Source of the DNA: a virus
Length of the DNA stretch: 64,000 bases
Direction: 5' to 3' (one strand)
IMG/VR virus record: IMGVR_UViG_3300045922_000122
Span: 1 to 64,000 of that record
Part shown: in pieces, positions 27,777 to 37,936 of the stretch
How positions within the stretch are numbered: the stretch's first letter is position 1
How the letters are laid out: each line of letters opens with the position of its first letter
Made by a program: the position numbers and the translations under genes
The notes under the pieces: model-generated
The model's input: the letters and a program-made list of their open reading frames with translations, nothing else
What the model was told of the DNA's origin: nothing
Databases searched by the model: none

Positions 27777-28422
27777 AAAACTAGAAGACTATTTACTATC
27801 TAACTCTTTTAGAGAGTTAGGTAGTAAAATAGTTAATGAATATAAAATTAAAACTATATACCCTGAATATAATGATATTTTTAAAGCTTATAAACTTACA
27901 AACTATGATGATGTTAAAGTAGTTATTTTAGGACAAGACCCTTATCCTAATGGTGAAGCTGATGGATTAGCTTTTAGCGTCAAAGAAGATGATTACATAA
28001 TAAAAATACCACCTAGTCTTAAAGCTATATTTGATGAAATAGAAAAAGATGTTTATGGTGGATTTAGAGTAGAACAAGATTGGAACTTAGAGAGATGGGC
28101 TAAACAAGGCGTTTTTTTACTTAATACTATATTAACTGTAGAAAAAGGAAAACCTAAATCTCATGCTTTATATGGTTGGGAAGAATTTACTAAAGTAACA
28201 ATAGAAAAATTAAATGAAAGTGATAATCCTATATGCTTTATGTTATGGGGTAAAGATGCTAAATCTTATAAGAAATTTATAACTAATGAACATCATTTAG
28301 TTTTACAAAGCGGTCATCCTGCTACTAAATATTATGAAACAGATTATTGGTCAGGAAATAGACATTTTAGTAAGTGTAATAAATTTTTAATTCAAAACAA
28401 TAGAGGTTCAATAGAATGGTAA
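27736..28422 (+). CDS. ung: uracil-DNA glycosylase (family 1)
   Basis: VKVVILGQDPY, GLAFSV, PPSL, WAKQGVFLLN.ILTV, FMLWG, HP, HFSKCN. Confidence 0.95.
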   Translation: MQIFIEKLGEKWYEKLEDYLLSNSFRELGSKIVNEYKIKTIYPEYNDIFKAYKLTNYDDVKVVILGQDPYPNGEADGLAFSVKEDDYIIKIPPSLKAIFDEIEKDVYGGFRVEQDWNLERWAKQGVFLLNTILTVEKGKPKSHALYGWEEFTKVTIEKLNESDNPICFMLWGKDAKSYKKFITNEHHLVLQSGHPATKYYETDYWSGNRHFSKCNKFLIQNNRGSIEW

Positions 28423-28426
28423 AATT

Positions 28427-28651
28427 ATGGAAAAAGAAAAAAATGAATTTGTAAAAGAATTAGAAAATAAAATATTACTATTACAAGAAAAATGTGATAT
28501 TTTACAACAAATAGTTGACATAAATAATAAAATCATTTATGATAAACATAATAGTTTAAGTAATTTTAAACATAAAGTTGAATCTATAAGTATTTTTGAA
28601 AGGTTATTTAATTATAAAAATACTATAAGAAAAATATGGGAGAAAATTTAA
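28427..28651 (+). CDS. hypothetical protein
   Basis: 74-aa ORF. Confidence 0.65.
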   Translation: MEKEKNEFVKELENKILLLQEKCDILQQIVDINNKIIYDKHNSLSNFKHKVESISIFERLFNYKNTIRKIWEKI

Positions 28652-28848
28652 ATAAAGGAAGAAAATATTTTAAATTTGAATGTATACCTATAATAATAGC
28701 AGCATATTCTGTTGAAGCTGCTATTAAGAAGGCTAAAGAAATATTTGGAGAAAAGTTATACGAAGATAGAGTTGTTTGGGAACAACTAGCTACAATTAAA
28801 AAAATGGATTTTAATTTTGAAGATAGAAAGGATATAATAGAAGTATGA
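28636..28848 (+). CDS. hypothetical protein
   Basis: 70-aa ORF. Confidence 0.65.
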   Translation: MGENLNKGRKYFKFECIPIIIAAYSVEAAIKKAKEIFGEKLYEDRVVWEQLATIKKMDFNFEDRKDIIEV

Positions 28849-29087
28849 CTATAACAATAGAAATAATTAAAGAAGCTTTAGAAGAAGTCTTAAAAAAGAC
28901 TTTTTCTGAAAAAGAAATAACTGAAGATACTAATCTATATATAGATTTAAGTATGTCAGAAATAGATAAAACAGAATTAGTGTTGGCTTTAGAAGATAAG
29001 ACTAATTTAATGATACCTTATGAAGAAGAAGAATCTTGGGTAAAAGTTAAAGATATATTAAACACGTTAAACAAATTAAATAAATAA
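28845..29087 (+). CDS. acyl carrier protein-like protein lacking the canonical DSL serine
   Basis: acidic, 80 aa; EITEDTNL..DL....ID..ELVLALED....IP.EE.E....VKDI follows the AcpP pattern. Confidence 0.8.
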   Translation: MTITIEIIKEALEEVLKKTFSEKEITEDTNLYIDLSMSEIDKTELVLALEDKTNLMIPYEEEESWVKVKDILNTLNKLNK

Positions 29088-29091
29088 AATT

Positions 29092-29640
29092 ATGGGAACA
29101 TCTAATTTTCACAATGTTAATGCAAGTAAAATTTATGCAATTCTAGAAGATTCTGAAAGTATGGTATCTGATTTTATACATACTATAGATAACATACAAG
29201 AAGATTTAAAAGAAAAAGGTTATAAAGAAGTTGATGAAAAAGCTATTGATGAGTTAAGAGCTTATCCTGCTAGAGTAATAGCTGAAAAAACAGAAATTAA
29301 AACTATTGAAAATATAGATTTAGAAATATCTATTACTATATGTGCTGTTGTTAGGTCTGGATATTATGAAGGATTTAATTTAGATTGGTATATTGTATAT
29401 TCAGACTCTAATAACTATAATTTAAAAGAATTAGATATAGAAACTATTTTTAATAATAATGATTATGAATTTGAAAATAAAGAAAAAGAAATAGAAGAAA
29501 CTAAAAATTGGATTGAAAATACTAAAAATAATCTTATAAAAGAACTAGAAGAAATATATGAAAGTATTTCTACAAGTTTAGTAGTAACTGCAAGATTTAG
29601 TAATGGAGAAACTATATACGAAAAAGCTAATAATAATTAA
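29092..29640 (+). CDS. acidic hypothetical protein
   Basis: MGTSNF, RSGYYEG.NLD, FSNGETIY; very E/D-rich. Confidence 0.75.
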   Translation: MGTSNFHNVNASKIYAILEDSESMVSDFIHTIDNIQEDLKEKGYKEVDEKAIDELRAYPARVIAEKTEIKTIENIDLEISITICAVVRSGYYEGFNLDWYIVYSDSNNYNLKELDIETIFNNNDYEFENKEKEIEETKNWIENTKNNLIKELEEIYESISTSLVVTARFSNGETIYEKANNN

Positions 29641-29642
29641 TT

Positions 29643-30206
29643 ATGAGTAAAGAATTAAATCAAGTAAAGGAATTTCAAAATTCTTTTGGTCAACCAATTT
29701 TAAGTTTTAAAGATAATATTTCTGCCGATAGAGCAAGACTAAGGCTTGGTTTGATACTAGAAGAATTACATGAGCTAGCAATAGCTTTAGGAGAAGAAAT
29801 TAATTTTAGATGGCAGCTAAAAAAACTATTAGAAGAAGAACCTATTAGTACACCTATAATGTCTAAAGTTAGTCAAGCAGATGCTTTAGCTGATTTAGAA
29901 TATGTAGTTAAAGGAACTATATTAGAATGTGGACTAGGAGATGTTTTTGATGAAGTGTTTGATGAAGTTCATGCTAGTAACATGAGTAAAACTATATCTG
30001 AAGAACAAATAGAAAAAGAAAAAGAAATTTTAACTAAATCTAATATTGATTATAATATGGTAAAAACTAAGAATAACAGATATATTATTATAAGAAAAGA
30101 AGATGGTAAAGTAATTAAACCTTCTACTTATAAAAAAGCAGATATAGCTGGTATATTAGAACGCTTTAAAATAAAGTTATCTGCACAAAGACCTTTGGAC
30201 ATTTAA
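29643..30206 (+). CDS. MazG-like/PRA-PH nucleotide pyrophosphohydrolase (possible dUTPase)
   Basis: V.EFQ..FG, LILEELHEL, DALADLEYV, EVHASNMSK, DGKVIKP. Confidence 0.85.
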   Translation: MSKELNQVKEFQNSFGQPILSFKDNISADRARLRLGLILEELHELAIALGEEINFRWQLKKLLEEEPISTPIMSKVSQADALADLEYVVKGTILECGLGDVFDEVFDEVHASNMSKTISEEQIEKEKEILTKSNIDYNMVKTKNNRYIIIRKEDGKVIKPSTYKKADIAGILERFKIKLSAQRPLDI

Positions 30207-30218
30207 AATATTGGAATG

Positions 30219-30241
30219 TAGAGGGGCTTAACTTCCCTCTA
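30219..30241. terminator. hairpin at the convergence of early and late blocks
   Basis: TAGAGGG...CCCTCTA between convergent stop codons. Confidence 0.6.
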
Positions 30242-33200
30242 TTACTTCCAGTATTCTTCTCCAGACCATATAGTTATATTTCTAACAGCTTCACTTGTAA
30301 CAGGAAATAATTTACCTATATATTTAATAGGTTTGTACTTCTTTTGCATTTCTTCGCTTCCTACAAGTACACCAACAGTATTACCAGTAAAATGAGCTGT
30401 AAAATTAACAACATCTGTAAGTGTAGCTGTTACAGCAAATGGACTTTTTACAATAGCATTAAAAGAAATAGGGTTAACAAAAAATGCTAATTCGTCTTTA
30501 AATCTAGTAACTGTTTTTATAGTAAATTTTCTAAAACCATCTAATTCTTCATCATCATCATCTCCGCCTTTTACTAATACTACTAATGCAAATACACTTA
30601 GAAGTGCTTGAAGCTCCATTATAGAAGCTTTTACATTTCCTTTCATAAGAGATACATAAGCTTCTTTAGCTCTTTTTATATCTTCAGGGTTATTAATATC
30701 TCCACCCATTTTCGTTATTAAAAAATTTCTATTCTCTTCTTGTAATAAATCAAATTTATTTTCAAATATCTCATCCAAATTAGTACCTATACCAACAATC
30801 ATACCTAAAGTTTTAGTAGCATTTTTAATTATGTTATCTGATATAAAATCTTTAAAAGCTCTATATCTTCCTATTTCAAATTCCTCTGTATTAACATTAT
30901 ATTTTAAACTACCTCCTCTTGTAGAAAGTAATCTAGGAATCCAATTTCTAAATTGCATTAATGCTCTACCTAATATATATTGATTAACTAACATTATATC
31001 ATAAGTAGGAGCTACACCCATTATAGTTTTAGATACTTCTAATACTTTTCTTCTAAATTTTAAATATTCTTCATTAGAAGCAGCATCAGTAAGACCTTTA
31101 ATATATAAAGTATCACCTTTTATTTCAGTTAAATCTTTTATAGACTTAGAACCTTTAGGAAGTTTACTTAAATGTTTTATCTTACCATCAGCATCAATAC
31201 CATGAGATTGTAGCATTGCTAATAATATTGAATTTATAATAAGGCTATCTGTACCTTTTTGAAGAGCATATATTTTATCATAGGTAAAAAATTTCTCTGC
31301 TGCACTTACAGAAAGATTATTAGCTTTATTAAATCCTTCCATATCACCCATAATATCAAAATATCTTAAAGTAGCAAGTAAATCTTTATTCAAAGCACCT
31401 GAAGTAAATGCTCCTATACCATGTAAAAATTGACTTCTTGTATAAAAAGTACCTTTAGCTCCTTCTATCAAAGCATTAGTAATACCACCAAAAGCATTAG
31501 CAGAAGCTGATACAAAGTTTAATCCTAGAGCTTTAGCAGAAACATATTTTAATATTTTATTAAATACTTTAAAAGCACTAATTTCAAAATCATAATCCTC
31601 GTATATTACATTACCATCAGCATCTCTTTTTATATTACCTTTATCATCGTAAACTGGTCTTTTTCTTTTTATTGTAAAAGATTTATCTGTTTTGATATTC
31701 AATCCATAAATAGCTTCAGCCATAAAATCTCTAAAGGCTTCTAAAGTATTACTTTCTAAAGCACTTTTAGTTTTATATACACCGTTTTCTTTTTTAGGTC
31801 TACCTAATAAATCTGTTACATATAGTTTTTCTAGTTTTAAAGCTTCATATAATAAATGTGCAGAATCTTCTATTTCTCTCATGTGAACGTTATTATAATA
31901 TTGCATTGCCCACAAAGAAAGAACTTTTCCTAAATCTGTTGAAGCTTTTTGCCCTAACTTTTCAGTATAAGGTATAGGTATTTTATAATCTATTTCTCCT
32001 GTAATAGTATTAAGCTCACCGTAATTACCTTGATAACTAGCACTTATTTCGTTGAAAAATCTATCTTTAAGTCCAGATATAGCACCTATTCCTACATTAT
32101 TTAATTGCTCTATAAAGCTTTGCATTATTTGCGGTATAAAATTTCCTTCATATTCTAGACCTAAATCTTTTCTACTTTTAATTATAAAGTCAGTAAATAA
32201 ATCATAAAATTCTTTTAATTCTGGAGTTTTTTGAATAGTTTCATATTCTTTAGACTTAGGTAAATCTTCTTTAAGTCTTAAATAATAACTATTTTTATTT
32301 AAATAAACATAAGAATATTTTTCTGCATTGTATTTTTTATCAAAAAGTTCTACTTTTTCTTTTACTAATTTTTCTTTTTGTTCTTTAGGTTCATTTTTAA
32401 AATACTCTTCCCAGTATTTTTTATTAGATTCAGCAGCTTTATTAAAAGCTTCTTTATCAAAATTATAAAACTTCTTTAAAGTATTGTAATCTTTTTCTTC
32501 TCTAGCCTTTTTTATAGCTTCAAATATACTTCTATCGTATTTATCTATTAAGATAATATTACCTTTATAATCTCTTTTTATCATGTAATTAAACATGTCT
32601 TTTAAAGGTATACCTCTAGAAATAGAATATTCTTCTAATTTTTTAACAGCACTTTCTATCTTTTTATTAAATTCATCTATAGCTACTTTTGTTTTATTTT
32701 TACTACCTATTACTAATTTATAAAGAGCTTGTATTTTTGGATGCTGTTGAGTAGAAAAACTATTAAATAATTTTGTCCATATTCCTATATCAGCTTGAGG
32801 TAAATCGCTACCAGTAATATTTTCATTAGCTAAAATTCTTTTTACTTCTGTTTTTACTTTGTCTTCAAATAAGTCCTTACCTTCTTCTATAAGTTCTCTA
32901 AACCTATTTATCTTTTCTCTTATAGTATTATAATGTTCATCTGGTATATTTTTTCTATATTGATTAAAGTTTATAGATTTATAAAATTCAAAAGAAGAGT
33001 TCATTGCTGCTAATCTACTAATGTTAGTTTCTAACATCATATTTTGCAACTCGTAAATAGCAGTATTTAAAAACTTATCTATATTTTTAGTAAGCTGTAA
33101 ATTTGTAATAGTTTCATTTAAAGTCTTTATTCTATTTGTATTTTTAACTTTTTCTTCTTCTGTAGTAGCAGGTACTTTAAGTATCTTATCTCTTTCTTTA

Positions 33201-35239
33201 ATTAAACCATCTATAATACTATCTATTGTTTTATTTCCTGTACGTTCTTCTTCTATAGGAATTGGATTTAAATACTTTTTATCTTCATTGTATTGTAAAT
33301 TTCCTATTTCAATTCCTGTAACTTCCCAATCAACTGGTTTTTTATCTTTAAAAATAGTCTTAACATTTAAGTTAATAGGTATAAGTCTAGTTTTACCTTC
33401 TTGATTAATACCATAAGCTTTTTCAAGTATGTTTCCATATTCTTTTGCTTGGTTAAGGTATTCTTCTTTTTTAGTTTTATATAAAGTATCGTATATAACT
33501 TTACCGTCTTTTTTAATAAATTCTGTAAATTTATAATCTATTATATCTCTTTTTAATTTACCATTTTCTTTATATATTACTATTAAGTCTACAGTACCAG
33601 CGACCTTTTTTTCTTTATCTCCTATAATTTGTTCTGTTAAAAATATACTTCCTTTAGGATATTTATTTACTAAAAGTTCTGCAAACATTTCAATTTTAGC
33701 AACATCTTCTATTAATATACCATCTACAACTTCTCTAGGAATGTTAATATTCTTCTCTCTCATTTCAACAGCTCTATTAATAGCTTTTTGTAGCTGTTGA
33801 TGCCCTAAAATACCATATCTTTTATTTACATCATCGTGAATACGTTGCAAATCTGACCTATTTATATCTTTATTGCCTTTGACTTTTCTTGTAACAGTAG
33901 TTTTAAATTCTACACCATCTTCGCTATAATAAAATTCTTCTTCTCCTTTAGAGTTTATTCTTGAGTTTCTAACAATCCTCCTTTCTCTTATCTTATCGGC
34001 AGCATTTTTAATTTCCCTTAAATCTTCTTCTGAATATTCACTAACTTGTAAAGCACTTAAATCGTTTTCTATATTACTACCATCTGTTATTAAATCGCTA
34101 GTATCTTCAAACAGAATTTTCATTGCTGTATAGTCAAAAGTATTAGTCTTAAATTTATTAAATAGATTAGTTAAATATTCTATTATTTTATCAAAAATAC
34201 TTTTAACTTTATTTATTTCTTTAGTAAGTCTATCAAATTGTTCTTTAGTTAAATCTGTTCTACCTGCCCTATACTGACGCATTATACTTGCAGTTATTAA
34301 TTTAACAGCAGCTTCTTCTTTAAATTCTAATTCTGTTGTATATATACCTGCATAATCTTCAAGTACTTGTTTATAAGTTTCAGTATTTTTAACTTCGCTC
34401 ATCATTTTTTGGTACAAATAAGTACCTCTCATCATCCATAAAATAACGTGAGCAGTTTCTTCTGGTATAGTATCTGCATTTCTATTTTTTTCTAAAACTT
34501 CTACTATATATCTAAGATTTCTTTTTAAATATACAGCTCTACCAAAAGCATCAGGTATAGGATTTCCTTCAGCATCTTTTATGCTATCTAATCCTTTAAC
34601 ATCTACACCTAATTTTCTAAGAAAATTTACCAATTTATACTCTAAATTAGCATCTTTTCTTGTAGGATAATTATTTTTAATTTCAGCAGTAACTCTATTA
34701 TATTCTCCAGTAACAGATACATTTATATTTAATAAAGGATATTTTGCTTCAAATTCTTTTTTAAGTCTAGCTGGACTAATTCTATAACTAAATGTACGAT
34801 TTTCACTATTAAATTGTTCTAATTGTTTTTGTGCAGCAGAACTTTTAATGCTATAACTAATATCTTCTTTTATATTTTTAGCTACATTATCCATTTCTTT
34901 AATATAAGCTTGCTTTAAACTTTCAATATCTAAAAGTTCTATTTTAGGACTGTAAGTTAATTTTATTTTACCTTTTTCAGCAGGTTCTGTAGTTACTGAA
35001 ATAGCTGGATGGTTTTTATATTTAGCTTTTTCTATACTAGCTACATCTTTATATACAAGTATACTTTTTATACCATCATTAAGTTTTTTAAGTATTTCTA
35101 CAGAAGGTATAGTATTAACATCTGTATTTGTCTTTTTGTTATAGTCTAATATTATAGCATCTATAACCAAAGAAGGTAAATTGTAATATCTTTGTATTTC
35201 TTTGTATCTAGTATGATTTCTATTATAACAAATATTCAT
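30242..35239 (-). CDS. large virion cargo/ejection protein with a degenerate zincin and a PD-(D/E)xK nuclease domain
   Basis: PEETAH (34448-34462); GILGH..EQ..AGTVDL..IIDYK; QFRNW in the C-terminal region; last gene of the crAss RNAP block. Confidence 0.75.
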   Translation of the reverse strand: MNICYNRNHTRYKEIQRYYNLPSLVIDAIILDYNKKTNTDVNTIPSVEILKKLNDGIKSILVYKDVASIEKAKYKNHPAISVTTEPAEKGKIKLTYSPKIELLDIESLKQAYIKEMDNVAKNIKEDISYSIKSSAAQKQLEQFNSENRTFSYRISPARLKKEFEAKYPLLNINVSVTGEYNRVTAEIKNNYPTRKDANLEYKLVNFLRKLGVDVKGLDSIKDAEGNPIPDAFGRAVYLKRNLRYIVEVLEKNRNADTIPEETAHVILWMMRGTYLYQKMMSEVKNTETYKQVLEDYAGIYTTELEFKEEAAVKLITASIMRQYRAGRTDLTKEQFDRLTKEINKVKSIFDKIIEYLTNLFNKFKTNTFDYTAMKILFEDTSDLITDGSNIENDLSALQVSEYSEEDLREIKNAADKIRERRIVRNSRINSKGEEEFYYSEDGVEFKTTVTRKVKGNKDINRSDLQRIHDDVNKRYGILGHQQLQKAINRAVEMREKNINIPREVVDGILIEDVAKIEMFAELLVNKYPKGSIFLTEQIIGDKEKKVAGTVDLIVIYKENGKLKRDIIDYKFTEFIKKDGKVIYDTLYKTKKEEYLNQAKEYGNILEKAYGINQEGKTRLIPINLNVKTIFKDKKPVDWEVTGIEIGNLQYNEDKKYLNPIPIEEERTGNKTIDSIIDGLIKERDKILKVPATTEEEKVKNTNRIKTLNETITNLQLTKNIDKFLNTAIYELQNMMLETNISRLAAMNSSFEFYKSINFNQYRKNIPDEHYNTIREKINRFRELIEEGKDLFEDKVKTEVKRILANENITGSDLPQADIGIWTKLFNSFSTQQHPKIQALYKLVIGSKNKTKVAIDEFNKKIESAVKKLEEYSISRGIPLKDMFNYMIKRDYKGNIILIDKYDRSIFEAIKKAREEKDYNTLKKFYNFDKEAFNKAAESNKKYWEEYFKNEPKEQKEKLVKEKVELFDKKYNAEKYSYVYLNKNSYYLRLKEDLPKSKEYETIQKTPELKEFYDLFTDFIIKSRKDLGLEYEGNFIPQIMQSFIEQLNNVGIGAISGLKDRFFNEISASYQGNYGELNTITGEIDYKIPIPYTEKLGQKASTDLGKVLSLWAMQYYNNVHMREIEDSAHLLYEALKLEKLYVTDLLGRPKKENGVYKTKSALESNTLEAFRDFMAEAIYGLNIKTDKSFTIKRKRPVYDDKGNIKRDADGNVIYEDYDFEISAFKVFNKILKYVSAKALGLNFVSASANAFGGITNALIEGAKGTFYTRSQFLHGIGAFTSGALNKDLLATLRYFDIMGDMEGFNKANNLSVSAAEKFFTYDKIYALQKGTDSLIINSILLAMLQSHGIDADGKIKHLSKLPKGSKSIKDLTEIKGDTLYIKGLTDAASNEEYLKFRRKVLEVSKTIMGVAPTYDIMLVNQYILGRALMQFRNWIPRLLSTRGGSLKYNVNTEEFEIGRYRAFKDFISDNIIKNATKTLGMIVGIGTNLDEIFENKFDLLQEENRNFLITKMGGDINNPEDIKRAKEAYVSLMKGNVKASIMELQALLSVFALVVLVKGGDDDDEELDGFRKFTIKTVTRFKDELAFFVNPISFNAIVKSPFAVTATLTDVVNFTAHFTGNTVGVLVGSEEMQKKYKPIKYIGKLFPVTSEAVRNITIWSGEEYWK

Positions 35240-35242
35240 ATT

Positions 35243-35638
35243 TTAATAGCATTTATCTAACATTTCTTTTGTTTTATCTACACCATGTACAGCAGCAAAT
35301 ATTCTAATAGCAGCTTCAGCTTCTTCTATTGTATTAACATTAAATGCTTTTAATGTTATTTCTTTAACAATGGGCGAAGATAATAATTTTTGTTTAAAAT
35401 TACTAATTAAATTTTCAATATTATTTTTATCAAATTGACTGGTTTCTGCTTTAGTAATATTATTATTTTTAACAAATTCTCTAAACCCTTCTATATCTTT
35501 TCTACCTGTTTGATTTACATAATCAGTAAATGTTTGTATAGCTTGTTGTTTTTGTTCAGGTGTTATAGTATTAACACTTTTATATAATTCTTCTAAAGAA
35601 TTATATCTTACTCCTCTATATGTTGGTTTGCAGCTCAT
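35243..35638 (-). CDS. small scaffold-like cargo protein (apparently an empty cassette)
   Basis: contains DIEGFREFVKN.NI, shared with the 5323-aa protein. Confidence 0.7.
   Translation of the reverse strand: MSCKPTYRGVRYNSLEELYKSVNTITPEQKQQAIQTFTDYVNQTGRKDIEGFREFVKNNNITKAETSQFDKNNIENLISNFKQKLLSSPIVKEITLKAFNVNTIEEAEAAIRIFAAVHGVDKTKEMLDKCY
35457..35499. repeat. 43-bp dispersed repeat, copy 1
   Basis: 40/43 identical to 38286-38328. Confidence 0.9.
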
Positions 35639-37935
35639 TGTTTTTCTGTTTTATTATTTTGTTGATTTAAAAGACCTATACCAATAGCAGGAGGAATTAT
35701 ACCAAAAGCTTTTATTTCTCCTTTACCTTCTTTAAACTTTTTAGGTATATCAAATTCATACCAAGTATTACCTTTACTATCTGTAACTTTTTTAGGTTCT
35801 ACGCCAAATAATTTTTTAATAATCTTAGGTTGTTCTGCATATTTTTTAAGAATAGTTTGATGTTCAGGAGAATAATTTACTGAAGTTTCTTTTTTTCTAT
35901 ATCCTTGCACTTTAGCAGCAGTTTCAGGAGTAGGCAATCTTACTTTATTTATATCGCCTCTTTTACCTGCATAATCTACTAACTCTTGTAAATATCTTTT
36001 CTGATGATTTTTATCTAATAGTTGTTTTTGAGTAAAGTTTTCTATTTCTGCTTTTTTCATTAAATTAAATTCTTTTTGTTTTTTAGCCTCATTAAAAGCT
36101 CCTAACTTTAAAAGTTCTTTTTCTTGATTTTCCATATTCATTAAAGCTTTTAATTCAAAATCTTTATCAAAAGATTTTGGCATAATTCTATGAGTACCTT
36201 GAAAAGCATCAGATTGTATTTGAGTTACTGTTAATACATCAGGAGTTTCCTCATCTCTTAAAAAATGAATATGACCTAATGTTTCATCTGGATTACCATG
36301 AGCATTTGAACCTCTACCAAATTTATTTTTATTTCCTAATATAAGAGTTTTGTTTTCTAATGGTAAAGATTTTGTATAATTTATAGCTGCCTCTTTATTT
36401 GGAAAATTTAAACCAAATATTCCTTCTATTTCATATTTACCCGAATTTTTATGAAAATATATTCTACTAGGGTCTTCAATAGCTTGTAAAATTTCTTTTT
36501 TATTACTAGGATATCCTATGTTCTCTAAACCATAATCACTCCTATAGTCAACAAGTCGTCTTTCTAAAGGAATAAGGTTTTCTTGTATTAATTTTCTAAA
36601 ATCATTAAAATCCATTTTTTTAGGAATGTTTTCTCCTAACCATTGTTTAACTAAAGCTACTTTTTCAGCACCTCCTGATTCTTTACCTATAATTGATAAA
36701 GCTTGTTCTATGTTTATTAATCCTGTTTTAGGTTCTACTATTTTACTAATAGGACCATCAGACATTGTAGATTTTAAATGTAGTCCAGGTAATTCTTCTA
36801 ATTGCCAAGTTTTATCTTGTTTTTCAGTAGTATTATATTTTTGTATTAAAGCTTTGTTATCTAATATTTCTTTATCAAGTTTAGAAATAGCTTCTTCTTT
36901 ACTTAATCCTTTTACAGCATCATAGGAATCATCTAACTTTTTAAATTTACCTGTTTTGTATAATTTATTCCATATACTTAATCCAACAAGATTTAAAGGG
37001 TCTGTTACAATATCTTCTACAATACCAGCTTTATTCTTCTTACCTTTAATAGCATCACTAAAAGAATAATCATCTTTATAAGCAGCTTGTACCATTTTAG
37101 AAGGTATAGTTAATGGATTTAGTATTTTAGAAGCATCACCTAATTTACTCATTATAGGATTATCAGCATACTCTTTTAACATTTCTTGCTTTTCTCTATC
37201 ACTATAATCAGGAGAATTTAAAATGTTTTTAATTGTTTGTGATGGATTTTGTTCTATTAATGAAGTCAAACCTCTTTTAGTATCTGCCCATAAAGAAGAT
37301 TGATATTTAGGATTTCTTTTAACGAATTCTTCTTCTTTACTCGTCATTGAATTTAACCATTCAGCTCTACTTAAATTTCCTTGCGGTTTATTTTTAATTA
37401 ATTGTTCAGAAACATAATCTAATGATTTTTTTTCATATTCTTCATCAAGTCTTTTTGGATAATTTGTTTCTGTATTACCAAGACTTTTTGCAAAAGGTGT
37501 TAAATATTTTTGTATATAATCATATTTAGGATTTGTTTTTTCATATTCTCTTTTATACTTTAACCAATCAGGAGCTTTATCTTCTACTACAAGTTCTTTT
37601 AAAGGAGTAGCTATATAAGTATTAGTATTTTTATCATAAGTCATTAATTTACCTGAATTATATAAATCTTTATATTCTTTAGAAGATATATCATACTCTT
37701 TAATAATACCTTTTTCATCTTTAACTTTAATTTTCTTACTAGGAATAAGACTACCATCTTCTGCATAATCAGACATTACTGGTAATGTATCTACAAAAGC
37801 ATCTACACAACTCCAGCACTTATCTTTAATCATACTTTCTACTTTTGCTCTATCTTTTTTAGGTATAATTACAATATCTCCGTATGAATTACGAATTGCT
37901 AATTCACCGCCTTCTACTTCTATTTGTTTTTTCAT
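35635..37935 (-). CDS. virion cargo protein with a polyvalent-protein-type domain (QIQSD motif)
   Basis: EVEGGE N-terminus; AH..DETLGHIHF..LTVTQIQSDAFQ..WYEFDIP; hydrophobic C-terminus. Confidence 0.7.
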   Translation of the reverse strand: MKKQIEVEGGELAIRNSYGDIVIIPKKDRAKVESMIKDKCWSCVDAFVDTLPVMSDYAEDGSLIPSKKIKVKDEKGIIKEYDISSKEYKDLYNSGKLMTYDKNTNTYIATPLKELVVEDKAPDWLKYKREYEKTNPKYDYIQKYLTPFAKSLGNTETNYPKRLDEEYEKKSLDYVSEQLIKNKPQGNLSRAEWLNSMTSKEEEFVKRNPKYQSSLWADTKRGLTSLIEQNPSQTIKNILNSPDYSDREKQEMLKEYADNPIMSKLGDASKILNPLTIPSKMVQAAYKDDYSFSDAIKGKKNKAGIVEDIVTDPLNLVGLSIWNKLYKTGKFKKLDDSYDAVKGLSKEEAISKLDKEILDNKALIQKYNTTEKQDKTWQLEELPGLHLKSTMSDGPISKIVEPKTGLINIEQALSIIGKESGGAEKVALVKQWLGENIPKKMDFNDFRKLIQENLIPLERRLVDYRSDYGLENIGYPSNKKEILQAIEDPSRIYFHKNSGKYEIEGIFGLNFPNKEAAINYTKSLPLENKTLILGNKNKFGRGSNAHGNPDETLGHIHFLRDEETPDVLTVTQIQSDAFQGTHRIMPKSFDKDFELKALMNMENQEKELLKLGAFNEAKKQKEFNLMKKAEIENFTQKQLLDKNHQKRYLQELVDYAGKRGDINKVRLPTPETAAKVQGYRKKETSVNYSPEHQTILKKYAEQPKIIKKLFGVEPKKVTDSKGNTWYEFDIPKKFKEGKGEIKAFGIIPPAIGIGLLNQQNNKTEKQ

Positions 37936-37936
37936 A

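Noticed and set aside
37575-37610. TonB-box-like LKELVV in the 766-aa cargo protein
   Set aside because: A single degenerate 6-residue match is not enough evidence
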